This document shows positions 28,273 to 38,483 of a stretch of DNA of 64,000 bases, piece by piece; within the stretch, counting starts at the first letter, position 1, and the number at the start of each line of letters is the position of its first letter. The DNA is taken from the NCBI GenBank assembly GCA_965213705.1, contig OZ243913.1:1248001-1312000 (forward strand), in the 5' to 3' direction. A model generated the notes under the pieces. The model saw only the letters and a program-made list of their open reading frames with translations. It was not told where the DNA came from and made no database searches. A program made the position numbers and the translations under genes. This stretch comes from Trueperaceae bacterium (GTDB lineage Bacteria > Deinococcota > Deinococci > Deinococcales > Trueperaceae).

Positions 28273-29214
28273 TCACCACTCCCCAACCGTCTCTTTGAGC
28301 TTTTGGTTGTCGGTGTGGGCGTAGCCCCGAGCCGTGTCGAGCGAGCTGTGCCGCAGGTGGTCGGCCACCAACGCAATATCTCCTTGCTCATGGCGAATGC
28401 GTGTCCCGGCACTGTGCCTGAGCGAATGCACTCCCTTGAAGCGCACCTTCGCCCGCCGGCACACACTCTTCAGCCGGTCATAGACAACCTGACGACTCCG
28501 GCAGGGGAGAAGGTAGCCTTGACGTTCTGTGAGAGGAACCTGCTCGAGCGCCTCGACGAGCGTCTGACTCAAGAACATCGTGCCCTGCTTGCCGCCTTTG
28601 CCCTTTTTGACCGTCAACTTCTTCTCACTCAGCCGGATGTCTTCCCAACGTAACGAGGTCATTTCACTGACACGCAAACCGGCGTGGGCTCCTAAAAGAA
28701 CTATAGATAAGGTATAGCCTTCAGCCACCCGAGTCAGCCATTCGATTTCGTTCAGGGTGTAAGCCTGCCGCTTTTCCCAGGCCGGGGTGAGGTCGCGGCC
28801 GGGTTTGACATCGGCAAAGGGGTCAAACGTGGTAGCACCGCTCCAGCGCAGGGCGGCGTAGAGGGCGCGAGCCGCGGCCAGCTTTACCCGGACGGTGGCG
28901 GGCTTAAACGCGGCTTCGAGTTCCCGGACCCAAAGTACCCCGGCATTTCTTGAGGGTCGCAGCAGCGCCTCACCCGACCACGTGTCGATAAGGTGGAACA
29001 CGTACCTTCGGTAACTCGTCAGGGTGTTGCTGGACACTCTCGAGCCCGCCGAGCCGTGCAGGGTCAGGTGGGCTTCGGTCAACTGCCACAACGCTTCCAA
29101 GTCCCGGTCCCTTGCTGCTTCGGCGGCGAACCGGTGCAGGTCCTCTTCGCTCAGAAGCGCCAAGTCTCGAGTCCTTGCCATGAGGTTGGTATTGACTTTT
29201 GCCAGGTCGCTCAT
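28273..29214 (-). CDS. Tyrosine recombinase/integrase
   Basis: GLRVSE (R), GKGGK (K), HSLRH (HxxR), LRHS (H), ARGY (Y) all intact; ATG at 29214 overlaps the toxin stop. Confidence 0.95.
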   Translation of the reverse strand: MSDLAKVNTNLMARTRDLALLSEEDLHRFAAEAARDRDLEALWQLTEAHLTLHGSAGSRVSSNTLTSYRRYVFHLIDTWSGEALLRPSRNAGVLWVRELEAAFKPATVRVKLAAARALYAALRWSGATTFDPFADVKPGRDLTPAWEKRQAYTLNEIEWLTRVAEGYTLSIVLLGAHAGLRVSEMTSLRWEDIRLSEKKLTVKKGKGGKQGTMFLSQTLVEALEQVPLTERQGYLLPCRSRQVVYDRLKSVCRRAKVRFKGVHSLRHSAGTRIRHEQGDIALVADHLRHSSLDTARGYAHTDNQKLKETVGEW

Positions 29215-29627
29215 CCGGGCACCTCGACCCTGAGATAAGCGAAACGAGCAAAGTGTTTGCGGTTGAAGGCATAAATTGTTTCCGGCCCTTCTGCGAACAG
29301 TTGGGCGGCAATACAAGCGTCGATAAAGTCTACGTTCTTTTCCTCGTACCACACAGCCGCTTGCAACAGCTGGTCGTTCGCCTCAACCTTCAGACCCGGC
29401 GTGTTGAGCACGGCCAATACTGCGTCACGCACTTGGCGCTTGGACTTTTTGTAAAAACTTTCCAGCGTCCACACAATTTCGGCGATGACAAGTTTGCTGG
29501 TCGTCAGTTCGGTCTCACCGGCTTCGGCACGCTCAAGCAGCCGTTCTACGGCGTCCGCCTGCTCGGGTACGTCGTTAGTCAAGTACCTCAAGAACAAGTT
29601 GGCGTCGACGAAGGCACGTTCAGCCAT
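29211..29627 (-). CDS. vapC: PIN-domain VapC toxin
   Basis: FVDANLFLRYL, VIAEIVW.LE, DFIDA, YAFNRKHF. Confidence 0.9.
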   Translation of the reverse strand: MAERAFVDANLFLRYLTNDVPEQADAVERLLERAEAGETELTTSKLVIAEIVWTLESFYKKSKRQVRDAVLAVLNTPGLKVEANDQLLQAAVWYEEKNVDFIDACIAAQLFAEGPETIYAFNRKHFARFAYLRVEVPG

Positions 29628-29874
29628 CGTCGTCGTCAACCTCGGGTTTGGCTCTGGTAGCTTTTACAGCCGCGCGCACGTGCTCGAAATCCTGTGGCCC
29701 ATCAACCTCGACCGAACCGCGCAGGCTGCGCAAAGTATTGACTAAGGGTTGCAAGGTCACATCGTCACCTTTTACGACAAACGCAACCCGTTGACCTTCC
29801 TCGAGCCGCAACCGCTCCGGAACTTCACGCGGCAAAGTGAGTTGTCCGCGTCGGCCAAGTTTGGCTGTTGTCAT
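29620..29874 (-). CDS. AbrB/MazE/SpoVT family antitoxin
   Basis: AKLGRRGQLTLPREV..RL.LEEG..V.F; GGAGG RBS. Confidence 0.9.
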   Translation of the reverse strand: MTTAKLGRRGQLTLPREVPERLRLEEGQRVAFVVKGDDVTLQPLVNTLRSLRGSVEVDGPQDFEHVRAAVKATRAKPEVDDDDG

Positions 29875-30014
29875 AGCAACCTCCCAAAAAAGTAAAACGC
29901 ACCGCAAAATTAGGTATGACTGTCATATTTCATTTTAGCAGCAAATAAATACAGTTACAAGAGCACATCAGATTATCCAGGCGCTTTTGCTTGTTGTGAA
30001 TGTTAATACTAAAA

Positions 30015-30042
30015 TACATACATAACAAACATTATGTAGGTT
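30015..30042. other. dif-like site between two divergent TA modules
   Basis: TACATACATAA-CAAACA-TTATGTAGGTT; 11-6-11 with arms inverted at 9/11 positions. Confidence 0.6.
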
Positions 30043-30203
30043 CTTATAACGGAGCGCCAAAGACTAGCGAATTGAACCAATCTGCGAAACATAACCGTTT
30101 GTCTCTTTAGCTACGCTTGAATGTAAAATGGATATGCTCGATGGATTGGTTATTTGACATAAAATGGCAAAATAGTGAGATGAGTTAGAGGAGCTGGTTC
30201 TCA

Positions 30204-30449
30204 ATGACGTTAACCAAAACGGTGAGCATCGACCGCAACGGGCGGGTCACCATCCCGGTTGAGGTAAGAGAAGCGCTGGGACATTCGGACCTGCTCCTGA
30301 CTTACGAGAACGGTCGCGTCATCTTAGACTCTCGCAGTTCGTTGCTCGAGCAGCTTTACCAAGCGGTGGGTGAGCCGCCCGAGGAGGGTCTCGTGAGTGA
30401 AGAGCTTATCGCCGAGCGCCGGGCCGAGGCCGAGCGGGAAGCCGAGTAG
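30204..30449 (+). CDS. AbrB/MazE family antitoxin
   Basis: IDRNGRVTIPVEVREALG, SEELIAERRAEA; GAGGAG RBS. Confidence 0.9.
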   Translation: MTLTKTVSIDRNGRVTIPVEVREALGHSDLLLTYENGRVILDSRSSLLEQLYQAVGEPPEEGLVSEELIAERRAEAEREAE

Positions 30450-30837
30450 TGGCAGTCCACGACGCTTCGAGTTTGTTGGCTGTTGCTTTTAGGGAACCGG
30501 GAGCGGAGGTCGCGCTGTCAAAGCTGGCCGGTTCGCTCATCAGCAGCGTCAACTGGAGCGAGGTGGTGCAAAAGTGGCGCGCCGTGGTGGCCGGACCGAG
30601 ACCTTAGCGACCCTGTTCGAGGGGCTGGGTGTCAAGGTGGTGCCTTTCGAAAGAGTGACCGCTGAGCGTGCTGCCTCGCTCTATGAGTTGACGAAACATT
30701 TAGGCTTGTCGCTTGGCGACCGCGCGTGTTCAGCGCTGGGGTTGGAGCGCGGTCTCGAAGTGGTGTGCGCCGACCGTGCCTGGGCACAGCTTGAACTGGA
30801 TGTGCCCAGGCACGGTCATTTGGTGAGGCTTAGGTGA
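30449..30837 (+). pseudogene. vapC: PIN-domain VapC toxin, frameshifted near 30570
   Basis: MAVHDASSLLA...EPG...SSVNWSEVVQK, then another frame gives ...GLSLGDRAC..L....ADRAW; one base is missing at CAAAAG. Confidence 0.85.
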
Positions 30838-31244
30838 GGCTCGAGCTGACAAACCTCAAAGCGGGTCGCTGGGACGAAGCCGAAGCCAGGGCTTACCTGC
30901 AACTGGTGCAGGTCACGGCGCAGCGACTCCGCTCCATCGACCGCGAAGAGTATCCTGTGTTCGTGCGGCTGGAGGAACGCTTGAACGACGGCTACCTGTT
31001 CAACAAAGGCGCGCGGGGTGCGTCTCGCTCTTTGCTATTAGAGGCAAGCATTAAAGCCCTGGACAAACCTCACATCCAACCCCAAGACCTCGTCAACATC
31101 CTCACGATGTTGCGCCGTGAGGAGCGGATGATTCCTTTTATGGGTTCACTGGCAAACGCAAAGGATTTCAACGACGTCCGGCTCGAGCCCCGGTGGGAAT
31201 GGTTGCACGCTGGCAGCGTAGAGTCGGACGTAGAAAAGGCGTGA
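30834..31244 (+). CDS. Hypothetical protein
   Basis: 136-aa ORF, GTGA overlap with the previous stop, plausible composition. Confidence 0.55.
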   Translation: MRLELTNLKAGRWDEAEARAYLQLVQVTAQRLRSIDREEYPVFVRLEERLNDGYLFNKGARGASRSLLLEASIKALDKPHIQPQDLVNILTMLRREERMIPFMGSLANAKDFNDVRLEPRWEWLHAGSVESDVEKA

Positions 31245-31352
31245 CGACGTTGAGCTGCAACTTCGGCCCGTGGCTGTTGGGCGGTTCGGCGCTGACACCA
31301 CGCCCTGGTGTGAGTAACGCTCCACAGGTCGGTTACGTGAAAGAGAGTCGGA

Positions 31353-32210
31353 ATGGCTAACTTGTATCCGAGGTGTGATGACTGTAAGGCGAGTACCGAC
31401 GGTGAGCACTACCTGGTTCACGACGCTGCCTGGTTCGAGGCCTGCCCGTGGTTGTGCCTCGGCTGTCTGGAAATAAGGCTGGAAAGGCGGCTGGTCCCGA
31501 GCGACTTTCAGCCCATCAACCTCAACTTCAACCCGCTCATCGAGGACAGGTCCGAACGCTTTCAGAACCGGGTGGGCTTGGACGAATTTCCGGTTCAAAA
31601 CGACCCCGAGGTGTTCGACGCGATCTACGCCCACTTCCCCTTTCTCAAGAACCATCCCCTGGACTTGAACGGCGGCTTCATCGACGAGGCGCGCAGCCTG
31701 GGGAAGTTGCAACGTCCCGACCTGCTGGGTTTCGTCATGGCCTATGAACTGGAACGCGAACCCTACCCCGGAGACTTTCCTTTTCTCACCCCAGAGCAAA
31801 ACCGGCAGCTCTGCTGTTACCGAGAACTACGACCGGTCATCCCCTGGCCGCAACCCCTCATGGCCCTGGTCCAGCGAGCAGACGGGCAACTGGTGACGGG
31901 GGACATCCAGAAGGTGACGGTGGTGCTTAAAAACGCCGGCAACACCCAGGTGTGGTTTGGAGGTGACACGGCCGTGCTCTGGGAAGCGTTCTTCGACCGG
32001 CAGCTCAAGGCTCGGGATGACCACGCGATACTGATGACGCGACTCTGGGACGTGCTCGAGGCCTACCTTCAGAAACAGGGCGTAACGTAGGTCTACACCT
32101 ACGCGAGTGCCCCTGAGTTTTCAGACGACTGGTATCAACCCTGGTTGGAGGCCAGGGGGTACAGGGTGGCGGGTGACAGCCCCAGACCGGCTGTGCGAAA
32201 GGTACTTTGA
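31353..32210 (+). pseudogene. Hypothetical protein with an N-terminal Cys4 motif and an in-frame TAG (32088-32090)
   Basis: CDDC...YLVHD..W...LCLGCLE.RL.R.L...DF; the frame continues VYTYASAPEFSDDWYQPWLEARGYR...* after the TAG. Confidence 0.55.
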
Positions 32211-32347
32211 TGCTGAAGGCGGTGAAACCGTAACCTTCTGTTCAGATGCCCCCGCTGGTCCGTGTAGAAAAAACCTCTAGTATTTCAACACGCCAACAGT
32301 GGAACTTTGGTGTGTCCGCCCCGGATTTTGTTGGTACGTGGCGACAT

Positions 32348-33352
32348 TTATGCTCTCCAACGCAGCGCAGCCGTATGTACAGGATCGTCCCAATAAGAAA
32401 GTAACTCATTGTTTAAAACGCTGAGTGTGAACGAGCACCCCGCCATCTCCAGAGATGTGACGTAGTTACCTACAAGGCTGCGAACCACCGTTACTTCACG
32501 ATTATCAAGGACGCGTCTCGCCGCGTCATACATGAGAGCCAGCTCCATGTACGGCGTGCCACCGAAGCCATTTACCATGAGTAAAGCTTGTATATCAGCT
32601 GAAGGCTTGAGGTCTGCAAGAATAGCCTCCATGAGCTCTTCTGCAATCTTGTCAGCGCTCGCTATTGGCACGCGCTTGCGACCCGCCTCCCCGTGGATAC
32701 CGACTCCCATTTCCATCTCATCACCGTGTAGTGTGAACGTCGGAGAGCCAGCTGCCGGCACGGTGCAGCTAGAAAAGGCAACGCCCATCGACCTAGTATT
32801 GGCATTGACAAGCTGACCGAGAGCCTGACAGGTTTTTAGGTCTTTACCCGCTTCGGCGGCAGCGCCAACGATCTTCTCAACAACGACGGTACCCGCGACA
32901 CCACGCCTACCTGTTGTGTGGGCACTGTCCTCAACCGCTACGTCATCGTTCGTGATGACACTAAGGCACTCCCCACCTTTTATGTCAGCGTACATTTCCG
33001 CTGCCATTTCAAAATTCATTAAGTCACCAGAGTAGTTTTTGACGATGAAAAGTACGCCTTCACCATTATCTGTTGCTTCTGCAGCAGCCAGCATTTGGTC
33101 TGGTGTTGGTGACGTAAAAACTTGTCCTGGACAGGCTGCGTCCAACATGCCTTTGCCGACAAAGCCTGCGTGAAGGGGTTCGTGACCGCTACCACCACCA
33201 GAGATAAGAGCCACCTTGGACTTAGCGGGTTCCTTTCGGTAAATATAGAAGGGGTCGGGACTCAACGACACGATGTCTTCATGAGCTAGGCTAAAACCTC
33301 TCAAACTCTCTGTAAGTATATCGTCAACGTCATTGATAAACTTTTTCATCAT
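32348..33352 (-). CDS. dhaK: Dihydroxyacetone kinase subunit K
   Basis: SGGGSGHEP, KNYSGD..NF, GRRGVAG, GIHGE.G, TSLEMAG. Confidence 0.96.
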   Translation of the reverse strand: MMKKFINDVDDILTESLRGFSLAHEDIVSLSPDPFYIYRKEPAKSKVALISGGGSGHEPLHAGFVGKGMLDAACPGQVFTSPTPDQMLAAAEATDNGEGVLFIVKNYSGDLMNFEMAAEMYADIKGGECLSVITNDDVAVEDSAHTTGRRGVAGTVVVEKIVGAAAEAGKDLKTCQALGQLVNANTRSMGVAFSSCTVPAAGSPTFTLHGDEMEMGVGIHGEAGRKRVPIASADKIAEELMEAILADLKPSADIQALLMVNGFGGTPYMELALMYDAARRVLDNREVTVVRSLVGNYVTSLEMAGCSFTLSVLNNELLSYWDDPVHTAALRWRA

Positions 33353-33774
33353 TGCTCCTCAGTTATCAGGTTAAAAATGCGACGCACCGTGTCTTGAATG
33401 AGCAGTTCAACTACCTCCTGTTTTTTGGGGTCTTTTAGGACAGGGACACGCACAATAATGTTACGGAAGTCTTCCTCGTCTGCGGGGAAGTCTTGAACGC
33501 TGGTGCTGGGATGCGCCCGGTTATAAGCGTCCAGAAAAGTTTCTTTTTCCTCTGTTGACAAGTTGCACGTGGCGATAATAGGTTCGACGTGCCTAGCGGG
33601 TATCGCGGTGGGATCGTTGGGGTTCGTGATTTGCGATATGAAGCTTTTGTGGGTGCCGAGTACCAACGCTATCTTTCCTCTAAGTCCTGAGGGTCGCTTG
33701 TTGATGTACTCTCTCAAAATTTGCTTGTAGTCTGAAACACTGCTCGGTTTCGCCAAAGGGGCTGGGTTGGTCAT
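33349..33774 (-). CDS. Putative HTH DNA-binding protein embedded in the dha operon
   Basis: RPSGLRGKIALVLGTHKSFISQITNP (XRE-like helix-turn-helix); overlaps its neighbours at both ends. Confidence 0.65.
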   Translation of the reverse strand: MTNPAPLAKPSSVSDYKQILREYINKRPSGLRGKIALVLGTHKSFISQITNPNDPTAIPARHVEPIIATCNLSTEEKETFLDAYNRAHPSTSVQDFPADEEDFRNIIVRVPVLKDPKKQEVVELLIQDTVRRIFNLITEEQ

Positions 33775-35693
33775 AGCCAGGCTATTTCTCTTTTGACAGC
33801 GTCAAGGGCCGCTGCCGACACGGATAACGTGGCTATGCCTGTGGCCAACAGAGGGCGGAGGTTACTTGGCTGCGAAGCTACTTCGCCACAAACACTTACT
33901 TCAACACGTTTCGCCCGGCCGGCTGTCACCACGTGCTTGATAAGGTCGAGGACAGCCGGGTGGGTAACCTGGTGTAAGTGATGAAACTCGGGACGTCCAC
34001 GGTCAGCGGCAAAGGTATACTGCGCGAGGTCGTTTGTACCGATTGAGTAAAAGGCGGTATCGTAGTCGCCGGCTCTTAGGGCAGCCGCGGGTGTTTCGAC
34101 CATGATGCCCAGCTCGGGCATCTTGGCGGCAGTACCCTTGGCTTCTAAAGCTGCTAAAGCACTGCGAAAAACTTCTCGAGCCGCTTCATACTCGCTGACC
34201 AGACTGACGACGGGGAACATCACCTTTAGGGGACCGACGGCGGCTGCACGCAACAGCGCGCGTACCTGGTATCCAAAGACGTCCTGCCTCTCTAGGGAAA
34301 GGCGAAGACCCCTTAGCCCGAGCATAGGGTTGGGCTCTGGCTTCACAAGTTCGTCGACGGGCTTGTCTCCGCCAGCGTCCAGAGTTCTTATGGTCACGGG
34401 TTTGCCGGCAGCCCAAGTGATGATGTCGCGGTACACGCGGAACTGGGCTTCTTCAGACAGCAGCATGCTTTTGTTTGTCAACAGGAATTCGGTTCGAACG
34501 AGACCGATGCCGTCACAGTGTTCAGGCTTTGTTTGGCTGAGTCGCTTCGGGTCGTCTACGTTGAGGTAGAGTGTAATCCGTTTGCCCGCCGAGGTTACGG
34601 CGTCCTCTGCTAGCCGTGAGCTGAGGACGGTCTTGGGTTTTTGCGCTTGCTGCACTTTGTCTGCAGATGCAAGTCGAGACGTGAACTCGCACCGCTGACC
34701 TTCACACACCATCAGCAAGGCTTCGGCATGACTCAAGCGGTTTAGCTCATTTTCGTCCAACTCAGTTGCGAAAGGTATACCGTAAGCCCGCGCCAACAGC
34801 GCAACGTGGCTGTTCGAGTCGCTTTGGGAGCTGACAATGCCTTTCACTCGACCAAAGTCAAGCTCGAGAAATTGGGAGGGAAAAAGTTCTGTGGTGAGTA
34901 AAATGGTGTCTGCGTTTAAGTTAGGCAGTTGCTTACTCGCTTTACTATTCTCACTATCAATATTTGCCAGAAAGCGTTGCGACAAGTCCCTTAAGTCTGC
35001 AGCCCGGGACTTGAGAATGCTGTCGCCCGAAGTGGTGTAAGTATCGGCCTCTTTGGTGAAGGCCTCAGACCAGGCAACTGCGGCGGAGGCGCCGCGCTCA
35101 ACCCTCCGCCGGATAGGGGTGACGAAGGCGTCGTCCTGCAGCAGCTCGAGCTGAAAGTCTATGATGTCAGCTCCTACCTCGTCGCTCTTGCCCTTTATCC
35201 TTTCAAGGTCGGACACAACTTGCGTTAGGACTCGAGAAAATAGCTTGGGCTGATCGTTTTGAGGCTTTGCTAGGTCGCCAGTTTCTTTGGTTTGCTCGAG
35301 CCGGAAGGGCCGCCCTTTAGCCACACCCTCCGAGACACAAAAAGCGGTTATGGTGTCGGGTTCAGTGACGTGCTCAAACGTTGAAGGCAGTGCTGGTAGA
35401 ACGGGTTCCTGTTCAAAACTCTGCTCGATGAAAGCAACTAAGGCCTCAAGGGCGGCTGCAGCTTGAGCACCCCTGGACCGAACGAAAAGTTCAGTACCAG
35501 AAGCGACTTTGAGCTTCATGACGCTTGACAGGCTACGCGCATCTGTCCAGGCACCTTCACGAACTCTTAGTTCCGTCTCAGCGTCGAATTCTGCGGCGAG
35601 CTGGACGAGCTGGACGGCCGGACGCGCGTGTAAGCCCAGAGGATTTGAAACGCGCACCCTACTCTCTGTCTCTTGCCAAGTGAATGAACTCAT
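33771..35693 (-). CDS. ptsP: HPr-Enzyme I fusion (multiphosphoryl transfer protein)
   Basis: GLHARPA (HPr His), SHVALLAR (EI His), GIGLVRTE, RTLD.GGDK, SIGTNDL.QY, CGE. Confidence 0.93.
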   Translation of the reverse strand: MSSFTWQETESRVRVSNPLGLHARPAVQLVQLAAEFDAETELRVREGAWTDARSLSSVMKLKVASGTELFVRSRGAQAAAALEALVAFIEQSFEQEPVLPALPSTFEHVTEPDTITAFCVSEGVAKGRPFRLEQTKETGDLAKPQNDQPKLFSRVLTQVVSDLERIKGKSDEVGADIIDFQLELLQDDAFVTPIRRRVERGASAAVAWSEAFTKEADTYTTSGDSILKSRAADLRDLSQRFLANIDSENSKASKQLPNLNADTILLTTELFPSQFLELDFGRVKGIVSSQSDSNSHVALLARAYGIPFATELDENELNRLSHAEALLMVCEGQRCEFTSRLASADKVQQAQKPKTVLSSRLAEDAVTSAGKRITLYLNVDDPKRLSQTKPEHCDGIGLVRTEFLLTNKSMLLSEEAQFRVYRDIITWAAGKPVTIRTLDAGGDKPVDELVKPEPNPMLGLRGLRLSLERQDVFGYQVRALLRAAAVGPLKVMFPVVSLVSEYEAAREVFRSALAALEAKGTAAKMPELGIMVETPAAALRAGDYDTAFYSIGTNDLAQYTFAADRGRPEFHHLHQVTHPAVLDLIKHVVTAGRAKRVEVSVCGEVASQPSNLRPLLATGIATLSVSAAALDAVKREIAWL

Positions 35694-36076
35694 AAGGCGC
35701 TCTCCGCGGCTCTCTGGACGTCGCGCAGAGACTTACCGATAGAGGCTTCCGTAGCGGCCATCACCGCTCCTTCAACGATGGGGGCGTTACAGATCACGAC
35801 GCGGTCTCGCTTCGATTCTTCAAGCATTTCGATAGCAATTTCCGAGTTCATTTCCGAACTACCCAGGTCTACCAAGATAACCACGCCCGACTCGCTCCAC
35901 ACCTCGTCAAGACAAGCTTTTATGGCCGCGACGTCCGTCCCCAAGCCGCCGTCTGGGTTGCCTCCGCAAGCACAGACCGGAACGTCCTTGCTTACGGCCT
36001 GTCGAACCATCTGGGTTATACCCTTAGCAATGTCGGTAGAGTGAGACACGACGACGATGCCTACGGAACGGTTCAT
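35690..36076 (-). CDS. dhaM: Dihydroxyacetone kinase phosphotransfer subunit (EIIA-Man-like)
   Basis: GIVVVSHS, GG..DGGLGTD, DLGS, APIVEGA. Confidence 0.93.
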   Translation of the reverse strand: MNRSVGIVVVSHSTDIAKGITQMVRQAVSKDVPVCACGGNPDGGLGTDVAAIKACLDEVWSESGVVILVDLGSSEMNSEIAIEMLEESKRDRVVICNAPIVEGAVMAATEASIGKSLRDVQRAAESAL

Positions 36077-36798
36077 AGCGCCGCCACTTCACGAAGCGTT
36101 TCCTCACAAAGCGTTTTGATAAGCAAGTAGCTTGTCATGGCACCAGGATCAATATGTCCCACACTCCGCTCTCTTAAAAAAGACGCCCTGCCTTTCGTGG
36201 CTTGCAGGGCCTTAGTACGATCTTTAGCCAGTTTGGCAGTGGTCTCCAAACGGTTCAGGAAGTCAAAAGTTGTCCAGTCGCTACGCGTCACCTGCAAGAA
36301 GTCGCTGACAGGCACGAGAACGTCAAGCATCGTCTTTTCGCCCTGGTTGGCCTTGCCTCTCGCTTTGACTGCCTGCACCCCTGCACCGAACGCAGATGCG
36401 AAAACCTCAAAACCGGGGTTGCTAGGGTCACCCCAGGGTCTGGGAGTTTCAGAAAGCGTTCTACCCATACCCAAAAAGAAGCTGCCAAATAAAGGTCCCG
36501 ACGCGCCGCCAATGCTCATGATTAGGGTGGTCCCCGCCATTTGGAGGGCCGCGTCCAAGCTAACAAGCCCAAGTTCATCCGACCTGGCGGCAAGCTTCCC
36601 AAAACCGCGCAGCATGTTGTCCCCGTGGTCCCCGTCGCCAATAGCCTGATCAAGCCGCGTGAGAAGACGTGCGTGCTCCTGCAGGGTTGTCAGGCTCGCG
36701 TGTGTCCAACGTACGAGTAGAGACGTGTCCGACATTGACCCTAGCCTAAGTTGAGTAACGTTTGTAAAATTCACGTTGGGCATCGCAGAACCGTTCAT
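36073..36798 (-). CDS. dhaL: Dihydroxyacetone kinase subunit L (copy 2)
   Basis: LDQAIGDGDHG, GGASGPL, GEKTMLD, KGRASFL.ERS.GH.DPGA; start uncertain. Confidence 0.92.
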   Translation of the reverse strand: MNGSAMPNVNFTNVTQLRLGSMSDTSLLVRWTHASLTTLQEHARLLTRLDQAIGDGDHGDNMLRGFGKLAARSDELGLVSLDAALQMAGTTLIMSIGGASGPLFGSFFLGMGRTLSETPRPWGDPSNPGFEVFASAFGAGVQAVKARGKANQGEKTMLDVLVPVSDFLQVTRSDWTTFDFLNRLETTAKLAKDRTKALQATKGRASFLRERSVGHIDPGAMTSYLLIKTLCEETLREVAAL

Positions 36799-36810
36799 TA
36801 AGCCTACCTC

Positions 36811-37455
36811 TCAAGTGGGAGAGGCCGCTAGCGCCAGGTGAGAACATACGAGGTCGATGAGCAAGTAACTGAGTCTGGCACCAGGATCAACATGTCCCAA
36901 GCTCCGTTCGCCTAAAAAAGACGCCCTGCCCTTCTCAGCCTGCATGTCTTTGGTCGATTCCATCCCTTCCAGCGCTGTTTTTCTAAGTAGATCTCTTGCC
37001 TCAGCAGCAGGCATATCCTTCTCAACTGCTTTTTGAAAGGCCAGGTCTACAGGAATGAGCGTGTCGAGCATCGTTTTTTGACCCACGTCCGACTTACCGC
37101 GCCGCTTGACTGCCTCAACGCCCGCGTGGTAAGCGTCCGCCAGGTCACGCATCGAGGGGGACCCGGGCGTCTCAGACGCCGCCAAGGTTTGCGCGAAGGT
37201 CATGAAAAAGCTCCCGACAAGGGGTCCCGATGACCCGCCAACCTCCTTCATGATGGTCATACCGACTTGCTGTAGGGCTCTGTCGAGTGGGAGGCTCGTT
37301 AAGACCTCTTGCTGAGCACGAAGCGCATTAAAGCCCCTTTTCATGTTGACGCCGTAGTCCCCGTCCCCGGTTGCTTGGTCGAGCTTGGTCAGCGTGCTCG
37401 CTTCGTCGTTGACCAGGACGACGCTTTTCTCTAACAAGTCTGAAAACGTCCTCAC
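36811..37455 (-). CDS. dhaL: Dihydroxyacetone kinase subunit L (copy 1)
   Basis: LDQATGDGDYG, GGSSGPL, KTMLD, KGRASFLGERS.GH.DPGA. Confidence 0.92.
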   Translation of the reverse strand: MRTFSDLLEKSVVLVNDEASTLTKLDQATGDGDYGVNMKRGFNALRAQQEVLTSLPLDRALQQVGMTIMKEVGGSSGPLVGSFFMTFAQTLAASETPGSPSMRDLADAYHAGVEAVKRRGKSDVGQKTMLDTLIPVDLAFQKAVEKDMPAAEARDLLRKTALEGMESTKDMQAEKGRASFLGERSLGHVDPGARLSYLLIDLVCSHLALAASPT

Positions 37456-38483
37456 GCCGCAGACTCCAGGAGTACACCGTCTTGGTCAAAATTTAAGTGC
37501 CTCTGGGCGTCTAGCTGTAAAGACACTTCATCGTTTACGGAGGGCAACACGCCGGTACCGGCTAAAGCGCGGAGTTGCTCGCCCTTCGCCTCGAGCAAAA
37601 TAATCGTCTCCGCTCCGAGAGGTTCGACTTGTTTCACCGTCGCTCTTAGACCCGACCCGTTTAAGGCTTGTACCGTGACGTGTTCCGGTCGAACCCCGAT
37701 GTGCCGCGTGCTCGCCGGCGCGGTGACGCCCAGCAGGGCGGGTGAGAGCAGGTTGATTGGAGGTGAGCCGAGGCGCTGAGCCACGTAAACGCTGTTTGGC
37801 TTCTGATAAATTTCTTTGGGCGTTCCGATTTGGACCAACCGCCCTTGCTGAAGTGCGCCGATGCGGTCTGCGAGCGTCATGGCTTCGATCTGGTCGTGCG
37901 TGACATAAAGAATGGTTGCTCCTTTGTCTTTTTGAATTCGTTTCAACTCAACGCGCAGTGCTTCCCTAAGTTTTGCGTCTAAGCTCGAGAGGGGTTCGTC
38001 CATCAGGTAAATTTTCGCTTCGCGGATGAGCGCGCGCCCGATAGCGACCCGCTGCATCTCACCGCCTGAAAGTTTGGTCGCCTTGTTGTTCAACTTGTGG
38101 TCAATGGAAAGCGTTTCAGCCATTTGACCAACTTTCGTCTTAACATCCTGTTCGGACCAAGCCTGTCTTCTTGACGGCGAGCGCAAGGGAAAAGCCAAGT
38201 TCTCAAACACGGTGTAATGCGGGTAGAGTGAGTATTGCTGAAATACGAACGCCACATCGCGGTCAGCTATAGGCGTGTTCGTTACCTCTTTGTCGCCGAT
38301 GAATAGCTTGCCCTTGCTTACGGTCTCGAGCCCACCTATGAGGCGCAGGGTTGTCGTCTTGCCTGCGCCCGAGGGACCGAGTAAGACGACAAATTCGCCG
38401 TCTGCAATGTCCAAACTCACGTCCTGAACCGCCAGGACTTTACCAAAAGCTTTGCTGACGCCCTCGAGGCTGACCTTAGCCAT
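37452..38483 (-). CDS. Sugar ABC transporter ATP-binding protein
   Basis: GPSGAGKT, LSGGE, LMDEPLS.LD, YVTHDQ; ATG at 38483. Confidence 0.95.
   Translation of the reverse strand: MAKVSLEGVSKAFGKVLAVQDVSLDIADGEFVVLLGPSGAGKTTTLRLIGGLETVSKGKLFIGDKEVTNTPIADRDVAFVFQQYSLYPHYTVFENLAFPLRSPSRRQAWSEQDVKTKVGQMAETLSIDHKLNNKATKLSGGEMQRVAIGRALIREAKIYLMDEPLSSLDAKLREALRVELKRIQKDKGATILYVTHDQIEAMTLADRIGALQQGRLVQIGTPKEIYQKPNSVYVAQRLGSPPINLLSPALLGVTAPASTRHIGVRPEHVTVQALNGSGLRATVKQVEPLGAETIILLEAKGEQLRALAGTGVLPSVNDEVSLQLDAQRHLNFDQDGVLLESAA

Noticed and set aside
8172..32090. Genome-wide TAG recoding or pyrrolysine
   Set aside because: TAG ends clear genes normally (7915, 12668, 13093, 23178) and no pyl genes are visible.
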